This document shows, piece by piece, positions 46,168 to 56,094 of a DNA stretch of 63,241 bases (positions are counted from its first letter, which is position 1; each line of letters starts with the position of its first letter). This DNA is from Candidatus Micrarchaeota archaeon. Lineage in GTDB: Archaea; Micrarchaeota; Micrarchaeia; Anstonellales; Anstonellaceae. The DNA lies in contig JAOAJF010000002.1 in the NCBI GenBank assembly GCA_026414325.1, forward strand, positions 1-63,241, in the 5' to 3' direction. The notes under the pieces were generated by a model. That model did not search any database. It saw only the letters and a list, made by a program, of their open reading frames with translations, and was not told where the DNA came from. A program made the position numbers and the translations under genes.

Positions 46168-47427
46168 ATGGCAATTGAACAAGCAGTAGTTTTAGCAGCT
46201 GGGGCTGGAACTAGGCTAAAGCCAATTACAAATACTCGACCTAAATCTATGATAAAAATAGTTGGAAAGCCTCTTTTACACTATATGATAGAAAATCTTC
46301 AAAAAATAGGAGTAAAAAAAGCTTATATCATAGTAAAATACAAAAAAGAAGAGGTAATTAATTATTTTGAAAAAATAAGAAGCGACTTAAAAATAAAAAT
46401 AGAATTTATTGAGCAAGGACAAAACTATGGGACTGCTGCTGCAGTTTTAGAAGCAAAAAATAAAATTGATGGGACTTTTTTCGTGGTAGCTGGAGATATA
46501 ATTACTACTGCAAATACATTGAAAAAATTAAAAGATGAACATGAAGGAAAAATGAGTCTGATATTAAAAAAAGTTGAAAATCCAGAAAACTATGGTTTTG
46601 CAAAAATAAAGGATGGTTATGTTGAAAAATTTGAAGAAAAACCACTTCAACCACTAGAGAATTCCTATGTTAATTGTTCGTTATATTCCTTTGAGCCAGA
46701 AATACTAAAAGAAATTGAAAAAATAAAAAAATCCCCTCGAGGAGAGTATGAAATAACAGATCTTCTAAAAACTACAAAAGCAAAGGCAATTATTAGTTCA
46801 GATTATTGGATGGACATAGGTCTACCCTGGCAATTGTTTGATGCAACTAAATTTATTTTAGAGAATTCAGAATCAAGAATAGAAGGAAAAATAGAAAACA
46901 CAACGGTTAATGGAAAAATAATTGTAGAAAAAGGGGCTAAGATAATTGACTCCTACTTAGAGGGAAATATTTATATTGGAAAGAATACAATAATTGGACC
47001 ACACTCGTATATAAAAGGAGAAAGTTCTATTGGGGAGGAATGTTCTATTGGAGACTCGACAACAATAAAAAATTCGATAATATTAGATAGAGTAAATGCA
47101 AAACATCTAACCTATATCGGTGACTCTATAATTGGAGAAAATTGTAATTTTGGAGCTGGAACACAGATTGCTAATTTTAGATTTGATGCTAGTCCTATAA
47201 AAGCGAAGGTAAATGAAATAACAATAGACACAAAAAGAAAAAAGCTTGGAGCAATAATAGGAGATAATGTTAAAACCGGTGTTCTTAGCTCAATTATGCC
47301 TGGAAAAATGATAGGGAACAATTGCTGGATAGGAGCTGGAGTTGTTATAAAAGAAAACATTGAGCCAAATACTTATGTTGAGTTAGAACAAAAACTTATT
47401 TATAAAAAGATAGGTGAGATTAATTGA
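46168..47427 (+). CDS. glmU: Bifunctional sugar-1-phosphate nucleotidylyltransferase / acetyltransferase (archaeal GlmU-like)
   Basis: LAAGAGTRLKPITNTRPKSMIKI N-terminal NTP-transferase domain plus C-terminal left-handed beta-helix hexapeptide repeats (IGDSTTIKNSII, IGENCNFGAGTQI, IGDNVKTGV). Confidence 0.8.
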   Translation: MAIEQAVVLAAGAGTRLKPITNTRPKSMIKIVGKPLLHYMIENLQKIGVKKAYIIVKYKKEEVINYFEKIRSDLKIKIEFIEQGQNYGTAAAVLEAKNKIDGTFFVVAGDIITTANTLKKLKDEHEGKMSLILKKVENPENYGFAKIKDGYVEKFEEKPLQPLENSYVNCSLYSFEPEILKEIEKIKKSPRGEYEITDLLKTTKAKAIISSDYWMDIGLPWQLFDATKFILENSESRIEGKIENTTVNGKIIVEKGAKIIDSYLEGNIYIGKNTIIGPHSYIKGESSIGEECSIGDSTTIKNSIILDRVNAKHLTYIGDSIIGENCNFGAGTQIANFRFDASPIKAKVNEITIDTKRKKLGAIIGDNVKTGVLSSIMPGKMIGNNCWIGAGVVIKENIEPNTYVELEQKLIYKKIGEIN

Positions 47428-48386
47428 ATTATTATATAGTAGGTGTCGATCCTGGTAATAACATAGGCCTTGCTTTTATTGATTTTGAAGGAAAAATAAT
47501 ACAGACAACCACCATAGTTGGATCAATTGAAGATAGTATAAAATATATTCATCAAATTGGAAAACCAGCTATAATAGCAACAGATGTAAAACCTGCACCT
47601 TCATTTGTATTAAGACTTGCGTCTTATTTTAATGCTAAATTATTTGTTCCAAAAAATATAATTAGAGAAAGTGAAAAATGGAGAATAATAAGAGAGCAAG
47701 AAAAAAAAGAGAAAAAAAGAATTTGTAAAAATTTACACGAAAGAGATGCTCTTTTTGCTGCGATTACAGCCTTTAGAGAAAATCAAAATTTGTTGAGAAA
47801 TATTTTGAGTTTGGATATAGAAGAAAAAGAAGAAGTAGCTTATTTGGTTTTGCAAGGATATAGAACAGAACTAGCAATTCAATTGATTAAAAATAAAAAA
47901 AGTTCTAAAGAAGAAGAGCAAGAAAAAGAAAAAGAGCAAGAAAAGCATAAGAAAAAAATGGAAGATAACAAACATCAAGCTCTGCTAAATGAGAAGTTAA
48001 TAAAACTAGAAAAAGAAAATGTAGAACTAAAAAAGCGAATAAACTTTTTGGAGCAGGAACTTCTTTTTGCAACTCAAGAAATTAAAAAATTAAGAAATGA
48101 GAACTATCAAAGAATTTTAAAAGAAAAGGAAATTACAAAATTAAAAGCAAAAATAAATATATTAAAAAGAGTTATTTTGTTTTTAAGAAATAAAAATGAA
48201 CAAGAAAAATTACAAAAACAAGAAAACAAAAAAGAGAATTTAACTCAAGAGAAAAATGAAGAAAAAATAAAACAACAAGAAATGCTACAAAAAAGGCAAA
48301 AAGAAACAAAAGATAAGGATTTAAAAGAATTAGATACAGATATAATAATACAAATAATAGAAAATTACAGAAAAAAACGACAATAA
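47424..48386 (+). CDS. RNase H-fold (RuvC/YqgF-like, DUF460/COG2433-like) protein with a long coiled-coil tail
   Basis: YIVGVDPGNNIGLAFIDFEGKII...AIIATDVKPAPSFV, followed by a K/E-rich heptad region. The TTG start overlaps the glmU-like stop. Confidence 0.5.
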   Translation: MNYYIVGVDPGNNIGLAFIDFEGKIIQTTTIVGSIEDSIKYIHQIGKPAIIATDVKPAPSFVLRLASYFNAKLFVPKNIIRESEKWRIIREQEKKEKKRICKNLHERDALFAAITAFRENQNLLRNILSLDIEEKEEVAYLVLQGYRTELAIQLIKNKKSSKEEEQEKEKEQEKHKKKMEDNKHQALLNEKLIKLEKENVELKKRINFLEQELLFATQEIKKLRNENYQRILKEKEITKLKAKINILKRVILFLRNKNEQEKLQKQENKKENLTQEKNEEKIKQQEMLQKRQKETKDKDLKELDTDIIIQIIENYRKKRQ

Positions 48387-48414
48387 ATGCTAACATATAC
48401 AAAGAGGTGAAAAA

Positions 48415-48723
48415 ATGGGAGAAACAACCGAGACAAAAAAAAGTGCCGAGAAGGCAGATGAAAACACCATTTTCGTTGGGAAGAAAAGCACAATGGGTTA
48501 TGTCCTAGCAGTAGTGACACAATTTAACAGTGGAGCAAAGGCAGTAAAAGTTAAAGCAAGAGGAAAACTGATCTCAAAAGCTGTAGATGTAGTTGAGATC
48601 ACAAGAGGAAGATTTTTGCAAAATGCAAAAATCAAGAATATTGAGATTATGACCGAGGAGGTCCAAAACGAAGATGGCTCAAAATCCAAGGTATCATCCA
48701 TTGAGATAACTATAGAAAAATAA
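48415..48723 (+). CDS. albA: Chromatin/RNA-binding protein Alba
   Basis: NTIFVGKKSTMGYVLAVVTQFNSGAKAVKVKARGKLISKAVDVVEITRGRF. 102 aa. Confidence 0.9.
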   Translation: MGETTETKKSAEKADENTIFVGKKSTMGYVLAVVTQFNSGAKAVKVKARGKLISKAVDVVEITRGRFLQNAKIKNIEIMTEEVQNEDGSKSKVSSIEITIEK

Positions 48724-48758
48724 ATACAGATGGGACCTCTCGGTTTAGTGGTGAAAAA

Positions 48759-49253
48759 ATGAGGACCCCCATCTGTAAGGAATGTGCATTTGCTGAAAAA
48801 CTTTGTGCACAATGTAGCAAAAAACTTGCAGATGGGGAGATAACCTCTTTAGATGTGGAGATCTCAAAAATATTATATAAAATTAATGAGAATTACAATA
48901 TTTCTTCTTCTGATTTTTTAAAAGCATATGAACTGGAAGGAATAGTGATAATTGAAAGTTCTACTCCTGGTTTTTTGATTGGAAAAAGGGGGAAGATAAT
49001 ATCTCTAATTTCAAGTGCTCTTCAAAAAAAGGTTAGAATAATTAGGCCAAGCCAGAATATCAAAGAAAAAATTTCAGATATTGTAGCACCAATAAAACTA
49101 ATTGGAATAAATACATATTTTAAAGAAGGAAAAGAAATGGCAAAGGTTATTTTAGAAAAAAAACCTGGCCAGAATCTTTATGTTGAAGAACAAAAACTAA
49201 AAAAAATTTTAACAAAATGGTTAAAAAGAGACACTGAAATAATTTATCAATAA
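48759..49253 (+). CDS. KH-domain RNA-binding protein (NusA-like) with N-terminal CxxC...CxxC zinc ribbon
   Basis: CKECAFAEKLCAQC, then the GxxG KH motif in FLIGKRGKIISLI. Confidence 0.45.
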   Translation: MRTPICKECAFAEKLCAQCSKKLADGEITSLDVEISKILYKINENYNISSSDFLKAYELEGIVIIESSTPGFLIGKRGKIISLISSALQKKVRIIRPSQNIKEKISDIVAPIKLIGINTYFKEGKEMAKVILEKKPGQNLYVEEQKLKKILTKWLKRDTEIIYQ

Positions 49254-49273
49254 AAAGAAGAGAGAGGTAAAAC

Positions 49274-50572
49274 ATGAAACTAAAAAGAACAGATTATATA
49301 GTAGATATTGGAAAAAAAGAAAATAAAGAAGTTGTGATTGTAGGCTGGATAAACGAGCTACGAGATATAGGCAAAATAAGATTTGTTCAGATTAGGGATA
49401 AAACTGGAATTGCACAAGTAGTTGCAAAAAAAGAAACTAGCCCAAAAGAGGTTTTTGAAAAAATAGATAATCCTAAAGAAACAGTAGTTGCTATAAAAGG
49501 AATTGTTAGAAAATCAACAATTGCAAAATCTGGCTATGAAATAGAGCCATTAGAAATCGAGATATTAAATAGTTTGAGTGCAAAAGTTCCATTTGAATTA
49601 ACTGGAAAAGTACCAGCAGAATTAGATACCAGATTAGATTATCGATATGTGGATATTCGAAGGCACAATGTTTATGCTATATTTAAGATAAAGTCTAGAA
49701 TAATAAATGCTTTTAGACAATTCCTTTTAAATAAGGGCTTTGATGAAATTCAGCCACCAGTGCTTGTAGCTGCTGCTACAGAAGGAGGAGCAGAACTCTT
49801 TGAAGTAAAATATTTCGAAAAAGAAGCGTACTTGGCTCAATCTCCTCAATTGTACAAACAATTAGCAGTAATAGGAGGTATGGACAAAGTGTTTATCACC
49901 ATGCCTGTTTTTAGAGCAGAAAAGCACAATACCTTAGAACATTTAAATGAGATAATTCAAATGGATTGTGAGATTGGGTTTTGCGATGAAAAAGAAGCAA
50001 TAGAACTTCTAAAAGAGACATTTAAACACATAGTAAAAGAAGTAAAAAATAATTGTAAAAAAGAGCTTGATCTTTTAGGTACTGAACTTAAGACAGTGGA
50101 AGAAATACCTAGCTATAGCTATAGCCAATTAGTTGAAAAATTACAAGAACATGATGCAAAGATAGAATGGGGCCAAGATTTTGATAGAGAACATGAAAAA
50201 AAACTCAATCAAATACTTAAAAAAGAAGCTTATGTTATAACTAAATGGCCAACAAAAATAAGAGCATTTTATTCCATGCCTGAAGAAGAAAATCCAGAGA
50301 TTTGTAAAGCCTATGACTTAGTATATAAAGGTTTAGAAATTTCTTCTGGTGCACAAAGAATTCATCAGCCAGAGTTACTTATAGGGCAGCTTAAAAAACG
50401 AGGACAAAATCCAGAGAATTTCAAATTTTATATCGATGCTTTTAGAGTTGGAGCACCGCCCCATGCTGGTTGGTCAATAGGCCTAGAAAGAATCACAATG
50501 AAAATCTGTGATTTAAAAAATATAAGAGAGGCTGCGCTCTTTCCTAGAGGTAGAAATAGACGAACTCCCTAA
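49274..50572 (+). CDS. aspS: Aspartyl-tRNA synthetase, archaeal type
   Basis: OB-fold N-terminus (GWINELRDIGKIRFVQIRD). Class II motifs FRAEKHNTLEHLNE and GAPPHAGWSIGLERI. Confidence 0.9.
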   Translation: MKLKRTDYIVDIGKKENKEVVIVGWINELRDIGKIRFVQIRDKTGIAQVVAKKETSPKEVFEKIDNPKETVVAIKGIVRKSTIAKSGYEIEPLEIEILNSLSAKVPFELTGKVPAELDTRLDYRYVDIRRHNVYAIFKIKSRIINAFRQFLLNKGFDEIQPPVLVAAATEGGAELFEVKYFEKEAYLAQSPQLYKQLAVIGGMDKVFITMPVFRAEKHNTLEHLNEIIQMDCEIGFCDEKEAIELLKETFKHIVKEVKNNCKKELDLLGTELKTVEEIPSYSYSQLVEKLQEHDAKIEWGQDFDREHEKKLNQILKKEAYVITKWPTKIRAFYSMPEEENPEICKAYDLVYKGLEISSGAQRIHQPELLIGQLKKRGQNPENFKFYIDAFRVGAPPHAGWSIGLERITMKICDLKNIREAALFPRGRNRRTP

Positions 50573-50583
50573 TGAAAACTTTA

Positions 50584-51405
50584 TTAAATTTTTGGATAAT
50601 GAAGTTGAAAATCGATTAACTCGAAAAATAATAAAGAATTTTCTACTTTAGGTGTAATTCTAAAGCCTTGCCAGCCAAATTGCTCTTCTATTAATATAGC
50701 CTTTGGCTTGGGTTGATTATTTTTAAAGCTAACAACTGTTTTCTGGCCAGCAGTAGAGCTAAATACAACTTTTTTTGCTGAGGCTGAAGAAAAAAACAAT
50801 AGAGCATAGTTTGAATCTAAATTGTATTCTTTTCCTTCTTTAAATTCTAAAACATGTTTTTTTATTAAGATTTGGCCTTTTTCTTTTGTTAAAAATACAT
50901 TTTGTGTTTGCAGTTGATCTAAACTTTTTCTTCCACAAGCCAATTTGCTTTCTTTTAATTTTTTTATAGCAGAGCTAGAAAGAACAAAGTGCTTTATGTT
51001 TAACAAAAAATTTTTTCCTTCAGAGCTAGATAAAAATTCTGCTAAAAGTTTTGAAAAAGCACAATGTTTGTATTCAAAAGTAGATTTTTTTAAAGGCTCA
51101 AAAAAAGTGCTAAAATAATTTGAACTATCTAATTTTTGATAGAGATAAAATAACAAAAATTTCTTATCGATTGCTTGGGAAAAATCAAAATCATTATTTA
51201 TATAACCTTCAACTATTGCTCGCTCGATATCAAATTTTAGATTATACAGATTTAAAAGCAAAATTTTTGAAAGAGATTGTGTTTTAGCTAAAGCCGGGGG
51301 TTGCTTTTTAAATGGATTTTCTTGTCGTTCTATTTTTTTTACTAAAACAAAAGACTGGTCAGTAGTTTTTTGAATTTCTCCAATTATTTTTGTTCGTATT
51401 GCCAT
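50584..51405 (-). CDS. Hypothetical protein downstream of the FtsZ-like gene
   Basis: 273-aa ORF with no recognisable motif. Confidence 0.45.
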   Translation of the reverse strand: MAIRTKIIGEIQKTTDQSFVLVKKIERQENPFKKQPPALAKTQSLSKILLLNLYNLKFDIERAIVEGYINNDFDFSQAIDKKFLLFYLYQKLDSSNYFSTFFEPLKKSTFEYKHCAFSKLLAEFLSSSEGKNFLLNIKHFVLSSSAIKKLKESKLACGRKSLDQLQTQNVFLTKEKGQILIKKHVLEFKEGKEYNLDSNYALLFFSSASAKKVVFSSTAGQKTVVSFKNNQPKPKAILIEEQFGWQGFRITPKVENSLLFFELIDFQLHYPKI

Positions 51406-51512
51406 ATAGATATAGAATGGAAAAACTAGTTAATAAAATTAACTAAGGAAAATAAAATGAAAATAAAAAAATGAAAATAAAAATCGAGAGAAAAAAAGAA
51501 AAAATTAAGAAC

Positions 51513-52013
51513 TTAGTTTTGCTTGAAAGAGAGGGCCAAATTTTCATCCATTTTGTTAAATGCTTCTTCGATAGTATAATCTGGATAAGTTTTGATTAGT
51601 TCATCATTTTCTCTTATTAGAATATCATCTGCCATATTTTTTAGAATGGGGAGAACTTTTTGTGCAAGTTCATAGCGATTTTGTTCTATTTTAAATGGGC
51701 AAGTTATAATCAAACCTACTGATTTTGCTTTGAGTTTTGCAATAGCGCTAACTATTAAAGCAAGTGTGGTTCCACAAACTCCTCCCAAGCCTGCAAAAAT
51801 TAGAACATCTTGGTTTTCTAGCTCTCTGCTTAATTGCTCTAAAAGAGTTTTACTTTCTATTGGTAGATTTATTAAAATCTTATTTGAAGCTTTTATGTTG
51901 AATTGTTCTAGTCTTGCTATAGTATTTATTCCACAGCCTCCTAAGCCAATAAAAACTGGATCTAAATAGTTGTTTTTAAAGCCCAGGGGCTTTAGCTTTA
52001 TTTGCTTTTCCAT
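51513..52013 (-). CDS. Minimal FtsZ/tubulin-like GTPase-domain protein (166 aa; no C-terminal domain, degenerate signature)
   Basis: FIGLGGCGINTIARL (compare VIGVGGGGGNA), IFAGLGGVCGTTLALIVSAIAK (compare AGMGGGTGTGAAP) and GLIITCPFKIEQNRYELAQKVLPILKNMADDILIRENDEL (compare VVTKPFxFEGxxR...IPND). I prefer the ATG at 52013, preceded by GGTGATCAG; the track starts at TTG 52067. Confidence 0.5.
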   Translation of the reverse strand: MEKQIKLKPLGFKNNYLDPVFIGLGGCGINTIARLEQFNIKASNKILINLPIESKTLLEQLSRELENQDVLIFAGLGGVCGTTLALIVSAIAKLKAKSVGLIITCPFKIEQNRYELAQKVLPILKNMADDILIRENDELIKTYPDYTIEEAFNKMDENLALSFKQN

Positions 52014-52103
52014 CTGATCACCCAGCCTATCCAAAGCTATCCAAAGAATAGCAAAATATAATGACAAAAAAGATTTATAAAAGTTAGTTAAAAAGGCTAA
52101 AAG

Positions 52104-52178
52104 CGCTCCCAGCGGGATTTGAACCCGCGTTTTAGCCTTGAGAGGGCTACGTCCTTGACCGCCCTAGACGATGGGAGC
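52104..52178 (-). tRNA. tRNA-Glu (anticodon CUC)
   Basis: The reverse complement GCTCCCATCGTCTAGGGCGGTCAAGGACGTAGCCCTCTCAAGGCTAAAACGCGGGTTCAAATCCCGCTGGGAGCG has anticodon loop CTCTCAA. Confidence 0.9.
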
Positions 52179-52263
52179 AAGATTAATAAAAATAAAAATG
52201 AATTTAAATATTTAAAAATCTAAATATTGCTATTATTTGGCTAGTAGGAGGGAGGAAAAAGTA

Positions 52264-52336
52264 GGGCCTGTGGTGGAAGGGCTAACACGTTCGCTTCACA
52301 GGCGAAAGACTCCCGGTTCAAATCCGGGCAGGCCCA
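52264..52336 (+). tRNA. tRNA-Val (anticodon CAC)
   Basis: GGGCCTGTGGTGGAAGGGCTAACACGTTCGCTTCACAGGCGAAAGACTCCCGGTTCAAATCCGGGCAGGCCCA. Anticodon loop is TTCACAG. Confidence 0.9.
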
Positions 52337-52377
52337 TTTAAAAAAATTAAAGCAAAAATATAATAGATGTGATAAAA

Positions 52378-55095
52378 ATGACTACTAAACAAGAATTATT
52401 TGAATTATTTCAAAAAGATTATCAAAAACATTATGAATTAGAGATACTTAAAAATCGAGGATTTAAAAGACAAAAATGTAAAAAATGCGATAGATATTTT
52501 TGGGCAAAAAATGAATTAAATTATTGCCAGGATTCTTCTTGTGTCGGATACAAATTTATTGGAAATCCTCCAACAAATAAAAGCCTTAGCTATATTCAAA
52601 CTTGGAAGGAAATAGAAAAATATTTTACTGAACATGGGCACAAAAAAGTTAAACCCTATCCTACAGTTGCTCGATGGAGGGATGACATATATTTTAATAT
52701 TGCATCTATAGGAGGATTTCAGCCGTATGTTGTAAGTGGAGAAATAGAAGCCCCAGCTAATCCATTAATTATCCCTCAGCCATGCATTAGATTTGGAGAT
52801 TTGACTAACGTAGGAGTTACTGGCAGGCATTACACTAACTTTGTTATGATAGGGCAACATGCTTTTAATACTCAAAAAACTGGACTTTTTTATTGGAAAG
52901 AAGAGGCGATAGAGCATGATATAAACTATTTGGCCAAATTAGGATTAAGTGAAGAAAAAATAACATTCAAAGAAGATGTTTGGCTAGGGGGAGGAAATTT
53001 TGGCCCATCTATGGAATACTTTTGCGATGGTTTAGAACTAGGCAATTGTGTTTTTATGCAATATGAGCTTATGCCAGATGGCAGCTATAGAGAGCTAAAA
53101 ACAAAAGTAATAGATATGGGTGCTGGTCTTTCTAGGCTTTGTTGGATTACAAATAATAGCCCAACTTCATACGAATTAGTATTTGGCCAAGTTATAGAAA
53201 AAATGAAAGAAAAGGTTGGCTTAAAAATAGATAAAAAAATATTTTTAGAATATGCTAAACTTTCTGGTAGCATAGATATTGAAGAGGGAAGAACACTACA
53301 AGATTATAGAAAATATATAGCAAATGTTTTAGGAGTTGATGAAAAAGAATTATTTGACCAACTTGCAGAATTGTTTGCTCTTTATGCAACTGCAGATCAT
53401 TTGAGCACCCTACTTCATACAATAACTGATGGACAACTTCCGTCAAATGCTGGTGGAGGATACAATCTTCGCCTTATATTAAGAAGAGCTTTTGGCTTTA
53501 ATGAAGAATATGGCTGGAATTTGGATTTTGGACAAATTGTTGAGGGCCAAGCAAAAAATTTAGAAGAGCTTTTCCCCCACTTAAAAGAAGGAGTAAAAAC
53601 AACAATAGATGTAATAGCTGAAGAATTAGATAAATACAAAAAAAGCAAAAAAAACGCTTTAGAAAAAGTTAGTCGCTTAATTAGCTCTGCTTCAAAAACC
53701 AATAAACAAATAACAGTAGAGGAGCTAACAACTTTGTACGTATCAGATGGAATACCACCTGAAACAGTAGAAGCAGTAGCAAAGGAACAAGGTATAGAAG
53801 TAAAAATCCCACCAGACTTTTATTCTAAAATAAGAAAGACTGACGAAGAAGAAACAAAAATCCACACTATAGACATAATGGGGATAGAAAAAACAGAGAT
53901 GCTTTGCTATAACAATCAAATTGAATTTGAAGCTAAAATAATTGCAATAAAGGATGGCTGGGTTATATTAGACAAAACTGCATTTTATGCAGAGGCTGGA
54001 GGACAGGTTTCTGACGATGGAACAATAGAAGAAAAAAAAGTTTTACAAGTAAGAAAAGAAGCCGGAGTAATACTTCATAAATTAGAAAATTTAGAAGGGC
54101 TAGAAGTTGGAAAAATAGTAAAAGGTAAAATAAATGCTACTAGAAGGAGACAGATAATGGCTCATCATACAGGAGCACATGTGCTAAATATTGCTGCAAG
54201 AGAAATATTAGGGGCCCATGTTTGGCAGTGTGGAGCATACAAAGATGAATTTAAAGCTCATTTAGACCTAACACATTATAAAAAAATAACAGCTGAAGAA
54301 TTAGAAAAAATAGAGCAAAGAGCAAACGAGATAATAGCAGCAAATTTAATAGTTGAAAAAAAGATTTATCCTAGAGACGAAGCAGAGGCAAAATTTGGTT
54401 TTAGAATTTATCAGGGAGGTGCGGTTCCTGGAAAAGAACTAAGAATAGTTTCAATATTAGACCCACAGAATAGACTAAGAAAGATCGCACCGCCTGTCTT
54501 TGAGTATGGAGTGGATCATCAGGCCTGTGGTGGAACACATTTGGATTATACTGGAGAAATCGGTCTGTTTAAGATTGTAAAAAAAGAATCTATTCAAGAC
54601 GGAGTAGAGAGAGTAACATTTAAATGTTATTTGGCAGCTCTAGAGCATATTCAAAAACAACAAAGAATATTAAGAGAAGTACAAGAAAAGCTCTATAGCC
54701 AGGAAGAAAGTATAGTAAAAAATTTAGACAAAATAATTTTAGAATGGAAAAAACGCTCTAAAGAATTAGAAGATGTTCAAGAAAAGTACTTAGAGCTAAT
54801 TATTGAAAGGGAGATAGAAAAGGCTCTAAAGGAAAATTCTAAAAAAATAGAGCTAAAATTGGATGGAGAGCAAAAACTGGTAGATAAAGCTGCAAAAAAA
54901 ATTGCTGCCAAGGGATTTGATGCTATAGTAGAAAATGAAGAAGGATTTGTTGTTATTGCTATTGCAGAAAATAGTCTAGCTGATGCTTTAGCTATTCTTC
55001 AGCAGCTTGGGCTAAAAGGAGGAGGGGACAAAAAATTAGCTAGAGGAAAAAAGATTAAAAAGGCTCAAAATTCTAAAGAGAATTCTAAAGAATAA
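52378..55095 (+). CDS. alaS: Alanyl-tRNA synthetase, archaeal type
   Basis: About 905 aa. N-terminal Zn-like CKKCDRYFW, FQPYVVSG, the editing-domain HHTGAHVLN...CGGTH motif, and a C-terminal DHHA1-like region. I use the ATG at 52378; the track starts at GTG 52369. Confidence 0.9.
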   Translation: MTTKQELFELFQKDYQKHYELEILKNRGFKRQKCKKCDRYFWAKNELNYCQDSSCVGYKFIGNPPTNKSLSYIQTWKEIEKYFTEHGHKKVKPYPTVARWRDDIYFNIASIGGFQPYVVSGEIEAPANPLIIPQPCIRFGDLTNVGVTGRHYTNFVMIGQHAFNTQKTGLFYWKEEAIEHDINYLAKLGLSEEKITFKEDVWLGGGNFGPSMEYFCDGLELGNCVFMQYELMPDGSYRELKTKVIDMGAGLSRLCWITNNSPTSYELVFGQVIEKMKEKVGLKIDKKIFLEYAKLSGSIDIEEGRTLQDYRKYIANVLGVDEKELFDQLAELFALYATADHLSTLLHTITDGQLPSNAGGGYNLRLILRRAFGFNEEYGWNLDFGQIVEGQAKNLEELFPHLKEGVKTTIDVIAEELDKYKKSKKNALEKVSRLISSASKTNKQITVEELTTLYVSDGIPPETVEAVAKEQGIEVKIPPDFYSKIRKTDEEETKIHTIDIMGIEKTEMLCYNNQIEFEAKIIAIKDGWVILDKTAFYAEAGGQVSDDGTIEEKKVLQVRKEAGVILHKLENLEGLEVGKIVKGKINATRRRQIMAHHTGAHVLNIAAREILGAHVWQCGAYKDEFKAHLDLTHYKKITAEELEKIEQRANEIIAANLIVEKKIYPRDEAEAKFGFRIYQGGAVPGKELRIVSILDPQNRLRKIAPPVFEYGVDHQACGGTHLDYTGEIGLFKIVKKESIQDGVERVTFKCYLAALEHIQKQQRILREVQEKLYSQEESIVKNLDKIILEWKKRSKELEDVQEKYLELIIEREIEKALKENSKKIELKLDGEQKLVDKAAKKIAAKGFDAIVENEEGFVVIAIAENSLADALAILQQLGLKGGGDKKLARGKKIKKAQNSKENSKE

Positions 55096-55128
55096 AGACT
55101 AAAAAATAAAAAATAAAATTTCTACAGA

Positions 55129-56010
55129 TCAAAATTTATTATTTTTATTTTTCCAGCTGAAGAACAATAGAGCTAAAAAGCCAGCTGATGGTAAACAGCA
55201 GCAAGAAAGATTAGAAAGTGGGGAGTTTCCTTTTTCTTTTGTTGAATTGGAAGTTGTGGAAGGAGAATTAAACAAATTTGATTGAGGTTTTATACAAATA
55301 CCTGTTTTTTTATCACATACCTCACCTGCAGGACAGGGGGGATTGAGATATTGACAACCTTTTTTTGGAACACAAATTCCTTTTGGATCAGTAGAAGTAT
55401 CACACTCTTCTAAAGAAGTACAACTTATTCTTTTTTCTGGCGGGATTATGGAAGAACAACCAGATTGAGCTACACATTTTCCATCATCTGCTGGATTTGA
55501 TTCAACATATTCACAGTTATAGCCTGCCTGGCAGATTAATGTGCCCCACCTGCAGCCTACTTTTGATTGACAGGATTTTTTATCTGGAGAAATTTCCTTA
55601 CCTTGAGGGCAACCACAAGAAAGTGGATCATCTACAATGCTTCCCAAAACACATCTTTTTGGTTTTTCTTCTAGACAAGCACCATTTAAAATTTCTTTAC
55701 CTTGATAATCACAATTTATTTTTACACATTCGCCATCTTTTTCAGTATAACCCGGAAAATTTTCACAAGCACAAAGATGAGCCCCTGTTTTATAATCTTT
55801 AACTAATTTTGTTTGAAGATCGTTTTGTAATTTTAATTCTGAACCACCTTTAGAATAATCTGGCAGACAAGCATAGCCTGGTTTTGTTTTAGAGCATTGC
55901 CAATACTTTGTGCCATCTGGGCAGGTTTTTGTATAAAGATCAGAAAGGTCTGCACAAAAAACGCTTTGAACTAAAAATAGAGCAAATAACAAAAAAAATA
56001 TTTTTTTCAT
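55129..56010 (-). CDS. Secreted cysteine-rich protein with a C-terminal (S/A)GF-hydrophobic-basic anchor
   Basis: Signal MKKIFFLLFALFLVQSVFC. About 28 Cys in 293 aa by hand count (CAC and CGC motifs). S/T-rich linker, then CCCLPSAGFLALLFFSWKNKNNKF. Confidence 0.75.
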   Translation of the reverse strand: MKKIFFLLFALFLVQSVFCADLSDLYTKTCPDGTKYWQCSKTKPGYACLPDYSKGGSELKLQNDLQTKLVKDYKTGAHLCACENFPGYTEKDGECVKINCDYQGKEILNGACLEEKPKRCVLGSIVDDPLSCGCPQGKEISPDKKSCQSKVGCRWGTLICQAGYNCEYVESNPADDGKCVAQSGCSSIIPPEKRISCTSLEECDTSTDPKGICVPKKGCQYLNPPCPAGEVCDKKTGICIKPQSNLFNSPSTTSNSTKEKGNSPLSNLSCCCLPSAGFLALLFFSWKNKNNKF

Positions 56011-56094
56011 CTGGTCACCTTTTCTAATTAATAAAATTTGCTAATTAATAAACTAAGAAATAAAATATAAATTTTTTGGTTTAACTAGATTTTA

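Noticed and set aside
51440-51490. Short direct repeats (atgaaaataaaaa x2-3) upstream of the FtsZ-like gene
   Set aside because: This is low-complexity A-rich sequence typical of intergenic DNA in this genome. It is too short and imperfect to call a regulatory repeat.
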